Notes under the pieces: model-generated
Databases searched by the model: none
What the model was told of the DNA's origin: nothing
What the model saw: the letters and a program-made list of their open reading frames with translations, nothing else
Source of the DNA: Tubiluchus corallicola
Lineage: Eukaryota > Animalia > Priapulida
DNA length: 64,000 nt
Assembly: GCA_030141605.1 (NCBI GenBank)
Contig: JAQGDQ010000256.1
Coordinates: forward strand, 258,633 to 322,632
Reading direction: 5' to 3'
Position numbers and translations under genes: made by a program
Shown here: piece after piece, positions 24,836 to 38,400 of the stretch
Layout: the number at the start of each line of letters is the position of its first letter
How positions within the stretch are numbered: position 1 is the first letter of the stretch

Positions 24836-26478
24836 TTAGCATTATTATTTTTAGTGAACAGCATTACGTGTTCTACATTATTCCGATAAATACTTTCAAG
24901 GATTAAAATTATACTCATCCACGTTAAAGTCTACAAAATTAATCTTATCTGTAACTATTATCAGCAAATGTTACCTAGCAGAAGTGGTAGTGTATTTGGT
25001 AGCCATTGAATGTATCTTTCATAGTACTGTCTATCGAATGTATAATATGCCTTTCTGGCATCTAACAGTGTGTTTAGAGTTTAGATCTTTAGAGGTATAT
25101 CCTTAGAATGAAATATTTATAGAATCCTTTGTTTCCTGATTTGCAGAACATGTACGGTGTTTACTAAATTGGCGTAAACTATATCAGGACACTAATTCGT
25201 GAATTGTTCTTGCAACAAAACAGAAACTGTACTACTCCTGGTTGGAAAAGATCCATAATTTTTAATAACCTTAACTTGAATGAACGAATGAGTTGCCTGG
25301 TTTTAAGTTTTTTGAAAGTAGTAAGCTTATTCTGCATAGCCCATGCACATTGTATAGTTGAAGGTTTCAAGAAAGTAAGACATTAACTAAGCTTGAAAAT
25401 TAATCAGACAATTTGTTTCATGCTGTGCTACACTTAGACAAAAAGTTACACAATATTCTAACAATTTTTTGTGAAAATTTGGTAATATTGCTTTTGAATT
25501 TTGGTTAAAATCTTCATCGGTTGGGACTTGTTGATGATGACTATGTTATTGTATTCGCATTTTATTGTCATCTGATCAAACCTTTGATGAAATTTTGTAT
25601 TTGTCTGGTCTTACTTGGCTTTGCATAGCTTTGTAAACATTTGTATAGTTTAGATGTTTCTCTGTAAAAGAAATTTTCTAAAGTAACCCATTTTATTTTG
25701 AGAAACCAGTTTGTTTGATTTGAAAAACGTCTGTTCTCTTTCTTTAAGCTGTCTGCTGTCACCTCTGTGCTAGGACAAAGCTCCACATCTTTCTTAATTT
25801 CTCCCACTTTCATGGAATTCAGGCCAGTCAATAAGTTGTCTTGCCTGCTGGTCATGAAGGTGGCCTTAAGGTGAAAGTCCATTTCTAGAGCTTCACTGAG
25901 AGTTATTAGTTTGACTCAGAATCATTCTTTGCACAGGATTAGTGCCAAGATACAGTTTTTAAAGTAGAAAACCACGTTACCAGGAATAAGTAGTAATGAA
26001 ACTAATGATATATAATAAGAGTAAAGGGAGATACCTGAGTGACTGAGTATGTGCATAGCAGCCAAAGTTGAGCAATGCTGAGCCTGGCAAGCAAACAGAT
26101 ATGTGATTGCCAGGAATCACCAAATCTGGATAGTTTATCTGCCATATTGGCCTTGATTATTTACTAACTTCTTTGAAAAAGCATTCAACATAGCTAAGAC
26201 AGTTTGCCAATGTAGTCTCATCTTCACAAGATTACCTTTGATAATTAGCTAGATTTTTGTCCTGCCACACTCATTCTCACATTAATTCTGTTCCGCTGAG
26301 ACTTGGCTTACAAATTGCTGATTTTTATAAAACGAAATAGCTTTTGTATTGAGATCATAAAAGTTACTTTTAATAGGGGAAACGTTGACTGCACACCGAA
26401 CTAGATGAATAGAGTAACTATGAAATTTATTTTCAACTTTTAGCGTTCTCTTGTTTTTCAGACTAAATCAAATGGAAT

Positions 26479-29400
26479 ATGATTAAGCCTCCTCTAAAAA
26501 AGACTGTAGCTGTTGAATCTGAAGAACCTCCGGCTATTGAAGAAAATCCTTTTCTGACATTGCCTTTCCAGAGGGCAGAGGAGAAGATCATCCCTGATGT
26601 GATAGCTGCTGATGCTGACCGAGCGATAGTGGAACTGAGCAAGTGAGACTGTTTTTATTTTAGATTGTCTGGCAGTGACAATGTACATCTGTTTAATTGT
26701 TTAATTGTTTTTTCGAGACTCACACAACAATTTGTTTGCCTGCATATATGACTGTAATTCTGCTTAGTTTGAATCAAGGAGCTGTAAGATACAATTAAAC
26801 CATTTTCAGGCACTTTTACCAGTACAATATTTTTTGAGTAGAGGGCAGTCCTAAATTTTGTTGGTTCAATCCTTCCATCCAGTACAAATGTTACACTGCC
26901 ACGCTGAGTAATCACGACCATATGGTGCATGCTTAGCAACCGAATTTAAGCATTGCTAAGCCTGGCCAGTAAATAGACGGGTAGGTGTCAAGAAAACTAC
27001 TTCTGTAAGTTGTGACTGGTATAAAGCCTAACAGGATTTCCGGATCCATTCAGAGCACTGATTTCTTTGTTAACCTAGCTGACTTGTATGGATGTTTATC
27101 TGTGTTAGGTCTGAATTTTTAAAGTTACTTTTTTAAACTTTAAAACTGGCATGGAAGAGCTGTCCTTTGCAGTATTTTTAAATAAATTTTTGTTATAATT
27201 ACACTCTGTCTGGCTTTCGAGTTTATTTTAAATTAAAAATTTCCAAGAAATACATAATACTGGCTGGCACTTGCAGAGAGTATGTTATAGCAATTTAGCA
27301 AATTTCTTTGTTAAAGAACGCTGTTTCATTTTGTACTAGATTTTACGTATCACCCTTCCTTTAAGCGTTTTCTTGGAGAGCATTGGATGTGCAACGCTTT
27401 TTGTTTTCTATAAAAAACTTGAATTACACTTAACCTTAATTAAGCTTAATTTATGTTCTGTATGGTTTACTGAGGATTAGTGTCTCCAAAATATCAGCTG
27501 TGCTGAATTTTCATGTATTAATTCTTTTAAAGAAAGAGCTAAGGTAAACCTTATGGCTGGTACGTTCTTTTAATTATTTACCCAAAAATTACTTATTCAT
27601 CAATTGAGTTAGCCTGAGCCATGTTCAGTTTACACAGTTATGTACTCTATTAATTTCTTTCCTGCCCTCTTAGCATTATAAAAGCTTGCACACCATTTCA
27701 TAAAATGCATTAAAATTGATTATCAAAGCCTGTAGGGTGATCGACATTTTGCGTGATCGACGTTTTGATGTAAGTTACAGGGATAAAATATTGATGTGGC
27801 GTTCGGCACGTCGGCAAACTAAACAAATGGTGGGTCGATGCCTGATGTTTTCAAGAACTGCACGTAGCCACTGTCACTTTATACAAATAATGCCATTTAA
27901 CTTTCTAAAACCAATTTTTGTGTTAAATATGTGATGATACATGGACAAGTCGATCTTATAATGTGGCCTTACTTTACACCAACCACAAAAAGATAAAAGC
28001 TAGTGTTGCTGATGTTGAATTTGAAACCATTTGTGCAGACTGTTTGAAATCGCTGCATTTTTAAAAACAAAGTTGACTGCTGGTTGTACTATGGAATAGT
28101 CATTCAATATTATTAACTTTTTCTTAAAAGTATTAAATTCAGAAACAGTGCAATACAGCATGAAGACTAAATACAGAAAAGATTTGAATGAAAGAAACAT
28201 TCATTCAGTATTGTAAACTGGTTACAAAAGCTAATTGAATTTGCCAGGAAGCAACACAACACAGCATGACAAGTAAATAGGGAAAAGACCTGATTGCAAG
28301 AGAACGACATTCTTGTCACATTTTCTTTCTTACAAATGTGTTCCATGATTATGTTATGAACTTATTCAACTGTCTGTGTTCAAAGCCATGTTCACTAGTA
28401 CTCACCCTCTACTAGAATGTGATTTGTTAATAAGAGTGACATGTTTTATCATTGCTTCATGATAAATAAAGTTGCCGTTTTTCTTTAAATTTGAACCACC
28501 AATTGAAGTGGTATTTATTGTTGCCAGTCTGATGTTTTTGAATTTTTGCAAAATGGTCTGTAGATTTGTTTGATTTAATTTTTTAGATTCGTCTTGCATT
28601 GCAGCTTATATTTGATACTTTTGATAACACTTGATACTCAAGAAAAGTCAACTACAACGGATTACTTATTTTTTGCTTAGGACATTTCATGTAGTTCACC
28701 CTGGAAAATTTGTTTGCAAGAACACCACTCATCATGCAACTAGCTTTGTACATTCCAGTCAAAGTGTTCTTATTGGAAAACACTATGGTGTTTTATGTCA
28801 TCTTATGGAGGAAAGGGCTAGGTAACTTTTTGCTTCTAAAATATTTATGTTCGATTAGAATTGATTATTGTGAAGGAAACAGTGTTTCACCTTGCAAGAT
28901 TAATTGCAATATGACACTGTTACAAAATCAATAGTGTCAAATTGCAATGTATCATATAGAATCCTAAAAAACACTATCTGTAATTAAATTTCATATTACT
29001 GTGAAAACAATAACCACGTGTATTATGCTAATGGGCAAAAACTTGCCAGATTGCTCAGAAATTTCAGTTTAAGAATTAAAATGAAGACAAAATTTTATTT
29101 TTGGAAAAACAGAAATTCCAGTTTCTTTGCATATGAACAATTGACTGGACAAAATTCGTTATCCTGATTTTTTATACCTCTATCACTGTCTTGAGTCAAA
29201 ATGTTCAAAAAATAACTGGTGCTTTTTTCTTTTCTGAAAAGTATATAATGAAACTCTGGATTGGTGCAAAATAAAAAGTCATTATTTAGCAACAGCAGGA
29301 GTCAGTCTTTTTCTGTGTGACACAAATTTAAGCACTTACTTCTGTAAACTTAAATAAAATTAAAAAGAACCCAACACGTAGTAAGTGCAAGCTTGGCACA

Positions 29401-32400
29401 AACAGTGGCATCATATTGTTATGCTATTTAAGCTCATTTCCCAGTTCCAGGTTAACATGATTGTTTAAAAACACTAATGCTTCAACTTTAATCTTCTTCA
29501 TAATTGCTAGGTTCTTCTGAAGACATTTAACAATAAGAAACTGAAACTCTGTCTTAAATTTCATTGACGTGCAACCAAGAAACATTGTCAGTCATTATTT
29601 TCGCCATTTTATTGATATGATACTTTGCCCTCTTTTGCTTAACACTGTCTGTTTCATAAAACTATTTCTAATCTTAAAGTCTATCAGTATTTATTTAATA
29701 TTAGAATTGACATTTTTTATAAATTATATTGTTTGGATTTGTTGGTGAAAATTAGAGCATGAAGATGCAGAACTGTGGATGCAAAATTGTGTGGCTTCAC
29801 AATTGGTAACATGGTTTATTTAATGTTATTTTGGCATGTTGTTATAACAAAACAGAATATGCATCATTATTTGATACATTCAGAGAATTGAATACATGCT
29901 AGTACATACTTTACTTTGCTTACTAAACTATTCTTTCAGGTATTTGTTGTTACGAGATTGCATACAGAGATTGCATGCTATTTCTGGCTTTGTGCATGGT
30001 CTGCAGCGGATTGCTAATGATGAGTACCAGATGCTTCATCAAATTCAGAGATCACCATTAGGTAAATTCTTCAAAATTGTCTGTGTGTGATTGAACTATG
30101 TTTTAACTTTAAACATTGAATGTATGTCACTATGTCGTAAGTACAACTGTACAGTTATACAAGTGAATCAAAAGGATTATTGCAATATGAGCCTCATTTA
30201 CTAGCATTAGGACAGGCATGAAAAGTACATTAAATCTAGGAGGCTTCCTCTTTCTAGCTACTAATGGGCCAGGACAGTTATACCACATTCGGAGCAATCA
30301 ACTTGTGGCATTAGATTTCGTACTTGCTATTCCTAAAACCTCCAGATTTACAAATGATGAATTTGAAATCAACGTACCTGCACATATAATGTGAATGGTA
30401 CATTAAGCCACAAGTTATTTAGATCTATGCTAGCTTTGTCAGCAAAATAACCGTCTTGCACAAGTGGGATAAAAATGATTATTGTTGCAGAATATAAAAC
30501 TTCTTTCCCTTGAGATTCCAATTTGATCAACTCCTAGTTAACATTTCTTGTAAAATGACAATACTGCTAGACAACAACATGTTTCTACAGTATAACCTGT
30601 GGTCTAAATTAAAAGATTTTTTAATCTCACCAAAAAAGTATAGAATTTGTCTTTGCTCTGATCAAGTTAAACTTGTACATAAGTGAATTAAATGCGTGAA
30701 AGCAATGCTAAATTTGAATGTCTGAAAAATGTTACACTTCCACTGGGATTCGAACTCAAGACCTTCTGCTTTCCTGGTAGCTATACTAAGGTTGGTTTGA
30801 TTGATCTTTGCATGTTAAATTACCGATTTTTTCTTGGACACGCAACTGTTATTGTCGTTTGGGATTACTGTGCTTAATCTCCATTATTTATATTGATATA
30901 ACCGTGCGGCTTGTCTAACTATGTTCCTTAATAGTTATTGATATAGCCAATGTTTTAGTGTTATTGATGAAGTACAACATCTCTTCACCCACAAAATGAA
31001 TAGAGCTGCGATCAATTCTTCTAGCTTGAAAACGATTTATTATCAGTTGTGTAAACTTGTCAGTCCCGAGTTTTGCCGACTGTAAAGCACATGTCATAAA
31101 CGTATGGCTAAAATTATTGCACAATGCAGGAGCGAATGCATGGCTACATGGTTGCCACTCTAAGTAGGCATAAAATATTCAGGGCCAGTGTTGCAATAGC
31201 TATTAGCATGATTTTACTGATCAGCATCATATAATCACTTGGGGAATTATACGTGAGTGAATAAAAACAGTGCTTCTAATGCAGGCTTTATGGCATGTGC
31301 GTGCTATAAGGAATTTTTAAAGAAGAACAATTTTGGACTGCTTACCAAATTACACTTGCCCAATTTGGCAATCCTTAGTCATTTTTCTTTAATAGTTATG
31401 GTTTCTGTTTTGTTTTTTTTTTGTCAAACAACCTACAGGCACTTCTTGAGATGTCTTAGTGTTGCTGACTTTGTTGTATTGGTGATGTCACATCTGCAGT
31501 TCGAATTTGTGGTAGTAGATCAATCGAGCTACTCCCTAGGTGCCCCAAATAAAAAACCCATATAACTGGTTGTGTTGGCTGTCTACAGCTTTTGAATTTT
31601 CTGTATGGATAGGCAAGTCACAGATATTACTTACAACTACAATGGCTGATGCTGTTAACACCACTCACTCTAATTTTCATGTCTGTTTTATACGCTTTCT
31701 TGCAAATGTGCCACTGCCTAATTTACTTCCAACTTATATTGACTACAGTTTTTAGTTTGAGGCTTAAGCATCCCGCAAATGACAAGTAAATGAAAAATGC
31801 TAGTATTTTGTGAACTATGAACAATTTCACAAATGTTTTACAGTGGATTTGTATTTTTTTCTGCAACCTCAATGAAACTTTCTACTGATTGAATATTATT
31901 TCTCAGTTAACTGTCAGATTTGCTCTGACTGTAATGTTTACTGTTATAAGTTAGTAAGTGAAGTTTATTCTACAAATGTGCCACCGTTACTGTTTGTTGT
32001 AAGCTGTACTGTTCATGAAGGACTAGTGTTGCACCAGCCTCCTACAAAACAGAACTGGTCATGATTTCTTCTCCTGGATGGATCCATCTACATAGAACAA
32101 GCTTCCTATGTCAGCTAGACTTTCAACATCGGTAAACGTTTTCAAGAATTCATTAGATGAACATTTTAGAGAGCTCTTGCTGAACTATGATCATCGAGCT
32201 TTAGTATCCCTGCCATCTCTACATATGCTTGATCATGCATTGTACTAAATCAATGTTCTGTATTGTCATAAATTTGTATTATTAACCATGCGTGCTAAAG
32301 TTCTTCAGAACTACATGAATAATAAACTGCTACTACTAAAAAAAATCCACTGTGATAATTCACAGTAAGTGCACTGGTGTTCAATGTGTTTCGAGGGAAA

Positions 32401-35400
32401 TGTATTCTTAAAGTATTCTATAAAAATTAAAGTCATAAGAATAATAGGGAGTATTTGAATACCTAGACTTTCAATAGTTGCTCAATGAAAATGTAAAAAA
32501 CCTTCTTACACTATTGGGGCAAATTTAGCTGAAAAGATTACCAAACCTAATGCACAGTTTGCTATGTATTTGACTGATAATTACCCAAATTCTTTCTTTT
32601 TTGAACCAGTAATACCTTCTGATGTTATCTAAATTTGCAAAACACTCATTCCTAACAAAAGTTCAGGCGTTGACAGCTTATTACCGAAGATTATTTCAGA
32701 TATTATTCCTTATATTGCGATTCCGATGTGCCACATTATTAATTTATCTCTCAGTCTTCGCAATGTACCTGATAAAATGAAGGAATCTGTGGTTATACCC
32801 TTGTATAAAAGTGGAGAAAATACTAGCTTAAATAATTACCGGCCTGTTTCATTACTGCCATTCTTTTCTAAAATTCTGGAGAGATGTGTTCACAATCAGT
32901 TATACAAATATTTAATCAATCATAATATTCTTAATGATAATCAATTTGGCTTTCGAAAAGGTTTTCCCACTGAGTTAGCACTAATTAAAGTATGTGAATA
33001 AATTGTAAACACGATAGAAAAAAATTTGATAGCTGCGGGTATATTTTGTGACTTTTGTCGAAAGCATTTGACAATATGGACCATTCAATTCTTTTTCATA
33101 AACTCTCATATTATGGTATTCGAGGTTTGGCCTATAACTGGTTTGAAAATTATTTGTCTAACAGAATCCAAGTAGGCAGATGTAATAATTGTCTTTCTAA
33201 ATCTCAAACTATAACATGCGGTGTGCCTCAAGGATCCATGTTAGGACCGTTATTATTTTTAATTTACATAAATGATCTAAGCAAGTTACTAAATAGAAAT
33301 TTCAATTTGCCGATGACACTACTTTGTTTTTTGACTTGTGTTATCACTCTGTTTCAGAAATAAATGAACTTTTAAAATTAATTGCTGATTGGTTCAAGGC
33401 AAATGTACTATCATTAAATCCTACAAAAACAAAATGTGTTATTTTCCATTCCAGAAATAAAAAATTGCCTGATAATTGTACCCTATATATTGATGGAGTA
33501 GTTATTTAAAAAGTTAGAACTATAAAATTTTTAGGTGTTATGCTTCATGAAAATCTTGATTGGAGGCCCCATATTAATTATATAAGTTCAAAAATTGCAA
33601 AAAATGTTGGCATCATCTCAATTATTAAAAATAAATTACGCAAATTTCACTTAATAATACTATATAACTGTCTAATATTACCCTATTTAACTTACTGTTG
33701 TATTCTATGGGGGAAAACATATCCAACAAACTTAAATTACTTAGCCAGACACCAGCGTAAGTGTTTGAGAATCACTTATAATTTAACTAAACAAGCCCCA
33801 ATTGAACCTATACCCTTTTATAACTGAGGAATTTTAAATTTAGATAACTTAGTTTCTTACCACCTTGCTATCTATCTGTACAAAACACAGTTTATTACCC
33901 CCGCATTTCATAAATCCCGTCGTACTTAATCACCAACATCACTTCACTAGATTTAATGAATATTATATTCCATTTTGCAGGACCAGTGTTACCAGACACT
34001 TTTTAAATTAAAATTTACCGCTCCAAATCTATGGAGTAAAATATCAATTTATGTGACAACACATCGAAAATTATATGGCTTTAAGAAATATGTGGAATCT
34101 CTTCTGCTCAAATCTTACTTATAATGCATTTTTTGGGTTTTGCAGTGAAGTGCGATAATTACAGTACATCCCGCTACTGGTTACATTACAGTTTATATTT
34201 TCATGCGTTTGTGTCACGTCTCTGCTGAACTCGTTTCTATTTCATTTCTCTTTTTCTCTATCTTTGTCTATTATTTTATCTTAACTATTCTCTGTTTTCC
34301 TATTTTTTCTCTTGTTAAGCAGTTTTTTCTCCACTTTTCATGGTGGTCTTACAAGCTTTGCTTCTTGACCACCATGCAGCATATTTTTCCTGTTGATAAA
34401 TTATTATGTAGTTAGTAATTATATTAATATAATTCTTTTACAATTATTGTGATTACATTGATTTGAAATGTAATACATGTAGTTGATTTGATATATAGTT
34501 ACAATGCGATGATGTAATCATGCTGAAGTGGACAATAAATTACAAATTACAAATTACAAAATTGCATTAGGCAAGTTAAGATTCAGCAGTCAACAGTAGT
34601 GCCTGTTTAATGTACACAGGTGTTTATGACAGTACGCTGAATGTAGTTGAGTCCAGCTTATTATTAGGAATGATCTTCTGAGAAGAAACACTAAGCCGTG
34701 AAAAGTGCCTTAGCCATATTCGAATCCATGTACAATGTATATTCACTCTGAGTGAGTTAAACAGCCGACGGCTGTATGGCAGAAACTATGACATATCCAT
34801 TTGCTAACCTGGCTTGGCATTACTTAATTTCAGACACTGAGTACACACTGTGACCACTCAGCTGTACATCTTGTATCCAGTGGAGAAAACTTATCAGAGG
34901 AACTAATAAATTTCTAAGATTTTTTTCAAACATATTGTATCATATAGAATTAGTGGAACAAACTAACCTTGCAACTTTGGATATTCATTGCATATAGTCT
35001 ACATAACTGTTTGCAATATCCCATACCTGCAATGTATAGGGTGCCTCAAAAGTAACTGTAAGCTGATTTCTAATTTTCTTTTTAAACTTATTTCCACTCT
35101 CAGCAAGCTCTTATGTGAATCAAAAGGGGCCTTTGACTTTTCTTTTTATTTATTTTTTGACTTGCTATAGCAATGACAGCAGCAACCTTTGAAACGAGGT
35201 GCAAAATCATCGTGGCATAAGCCCTTTGATCACCAAGTCATGTTCAGTGAAACTTCAGAGCACCATATGGACTACATTGTTTTCTCACCACGAACAATGT
35301 AGTTTTTCAACACACTGCATTCCTCTAAACTCATTGATTGCAAGAGACTTGGTCTCTGAAGCTCTTGAGGTCCGTGAAGAAGGTAGTGAAAATAGCAAAG

Positions 35401-38400
35401 CCTTCTCGTGCAGTACTTGATTTCAGATTTTCATCTAATTTGACTAAAATAATTGCCCAAAGCTTCTGTTCATCTGTACCAATTTTCAGACATTCTGTTT
35501 TGATTTTTAAAGAAATATAGAAAATTTTAACTGTATACATACTGTATAGTGAGTTCTGAGATAGCTTATCCACAAAAGCTTTTCTGTGTCTTATTTGTAT
35601 TTCACTTTTGAGTACTTGTACTCTATTTTTTCGTACTTGCATTACTTGTACTTTTGTTTGTTCTTATTGATGAAGTTGTTTTCGAACTTGTGCTAGTTCT
35701 TCACTTAGTGGATAATGAATGCATCACATGTTTGATGTTTTATCATTAAGGCAGTCAGTTCCTAAAAGCTTTTTCAGCTGTATTGATTTATGATGTTTTC
35801 GTTCTTCTTGCAGTGACACTGCCAATGCTTTGGCACTTACAATGGTAAAACTGGTTAAAATTTTATCGTGCCCTTTCTCAAGGAGTAGCTTTCGTAATTT
35901 CCGCAAATGCCGTCTTTAGCCACTTTTACGTAAACAAGTCGCTTTTAAGTCATGCAGCCTAAATTATTAATAACAAATACTCATGGCACAATTAAGCTTC
36001 GTGTGAACTAGTGTGAAAAGTAGTGATTGTGCGTAATACACATAGGAAATGATGATTTTGTACAATAGAGACCATGCTTTTCTGCTCCCTTAATGTATAG
36101 TCTTGTGTAGTATCATATTCTTTATGACGAAAATGTAATTTGTGTTCATTTGAAACTACTAAGTTTCATTGTATGAATAAACTTGATTGCAGTAAAATTA
36201 TTATGATAACAAGTTGATTATCTTAGTCACCTAAATTAGCAACACACAGAATAAGAGATTTGTGTCTAATTTTAACATGATATGTTAATAATGGTGTTAT
36301 GTGACTGGCTTTACATTATAATTTCATCTCCTAAATTACATTTGCCTTATCACAGTGGTACCATTTATAAAGTATTTGATGCCAAATGATTCATCTTAGT
36401 CTGGTGTGATTTTGTTAATCAGTTTTTTTTTCAAATCAGGACTACTGGTGAAAATCTGAAGCGAGAACATTTATTCTTTAGATGTAGACTCATTCTTTGC
36501 AAAACTATTTCCTTTTTTCAAGAACTGGAATATGTACAAGGGGAATTAACCATTGGTTGGCTATCTGTTGATCTTAGGGTGTTGTAGGCATATTTGAATT
36601 TTTGAAGGCCTACAGCATTCCGCAGTCTGTATTTTTACAAACTGACCCACTTGATTTTTCAAATTTTGCCTAACCATTATTTAAAATATGCTGCCCAAGT
36701 GCCTTGGTAATAGTTTTTTAATTTTTTCATTAAAACAGATAGACTCAGTTCCAAGCTGTAAAAGGTTGCTTTCAGAATTATATCTATTGGATTAAATTTG
36801 TGGATTCCAGTTTTTGTTTCTAATTGCTAGGAAAGCACTTGGCTTCACTTGCATCATTATGTCATCTCTTGTTTTACCTTAGCTTAACAGTGGGGATTAT
36901 CACCCTAACAACAGTTAACAGCTAGATTAAAAAACTATTATACATATAAGAGTTACCCCTTTTTCCTGGCCTTGTGAATGTGTGCTCCCAAAATTAATGA
37001 AATTATCTACTGAAACCGAAAAAAGTATGAGCTAAGCTTTTACAAATTCAGCTTCAGTGCCTTGTTTGCAAAGTGATATTTTTGCAACATATCCTCAGAT
37101 ACATTATGCGTTTCTGACACAGAAAGCCAGCACCCTGTTGCATTATTGTGCGAGCAATTACATGTACAAAGTTGGTAGCACTGATTTTACAACCTAACTA
37201 CTAGCATCATCCAGTGTAGCATGGTTTTATAAGCTGGATTAGCGTAATATATGCGCTTGAAGATTCATGCATTTGAACCCCCCCCCCTGTAAAACTCACA
37301 AACATTTACAGCATGCAGTTTACAGTATCTCTATATAATATATTATAGTAACACGTGAATCTTGAAAAATTTGTAAGTATTTAAAAAACGAAGATAATCG
37401 GAAGTGCAAAACTGTGAAAAATACAAAACAAACCTGGACAAGGTAATTAGATGTTATAATTACTTTAAATTACAAGTTCTAATTGATTGGCATTGTTTAA
37501 ACTCATATGGTGCATGAGCAATGTTCTTTTTTTTAGTAGAATGCCCATTTGTGCTTTAACTTCTACGCACTTCTTACTTAATACCATTTCTTTGGGAATT
37601 ACTCATGTAATATTCTTGTGTGGAGAAATTTACCTTGCAGCATCTGTGATTTATTTGATTACTTTTCTGTGACAGGTGAAATAGCCGTCACCTCTCACCT
37701 GGAATTCATTAACGACATCTGCGAGGGATTGAGGCAGCACATGCACCACTGGACTTTTATCAAGCAACGTCTGTTGCATGATCGATGGCTGCAGGCAGCC
37801 ATGTTGGAAGTGCTGACAGAAATGAAAAGTGTGCATGCGCTGCTGCTACAGATGCTTGAGAAGGCAGTTTACTTGACTGACCGTTTCATTTTTACTAGTC
37901 TGCAGGTTTGGCTTGTTCTTGTATGTTTTGTATAAATTATACCCTATATATTATTAGGGATGCACCAGATCAGAAATCCAGTAAAAATTTTTGTCCAGAT
38001 CTGGTCCGGGTATGGTGAGAAACATCTGGTATTTACTTTTTTTTATAAGAAACCTAAGTAGATGCAGCTTTTTTTCAATTGCGATTGACAGAATAGCCAG
38101 AAGCTACTGGCCAGCGGCTAAAAATTACATTTTTTGTTACATTAAATTTTGCAGTTTTGAGTATTTGGTTGACCTTCAAATTTATAGTTTTCAATATTTG
38201 GTGCCTTTATAGAAGTTTTAAAATCACATCATTTTAGTTCTTGAAGTCTAAAGCGTTGCAAGTACATTGCAACTATTTAATTCATATATTTGTAAGCATG
38301 CTACTGCTGCAAAAGCTGCAAATCAATCAACTAGAAGGTGTTTATACCAGTGCCCGGCAATCAAGGAATAATCAAGTCTCACCAGCTAGATGGTCTGGTG

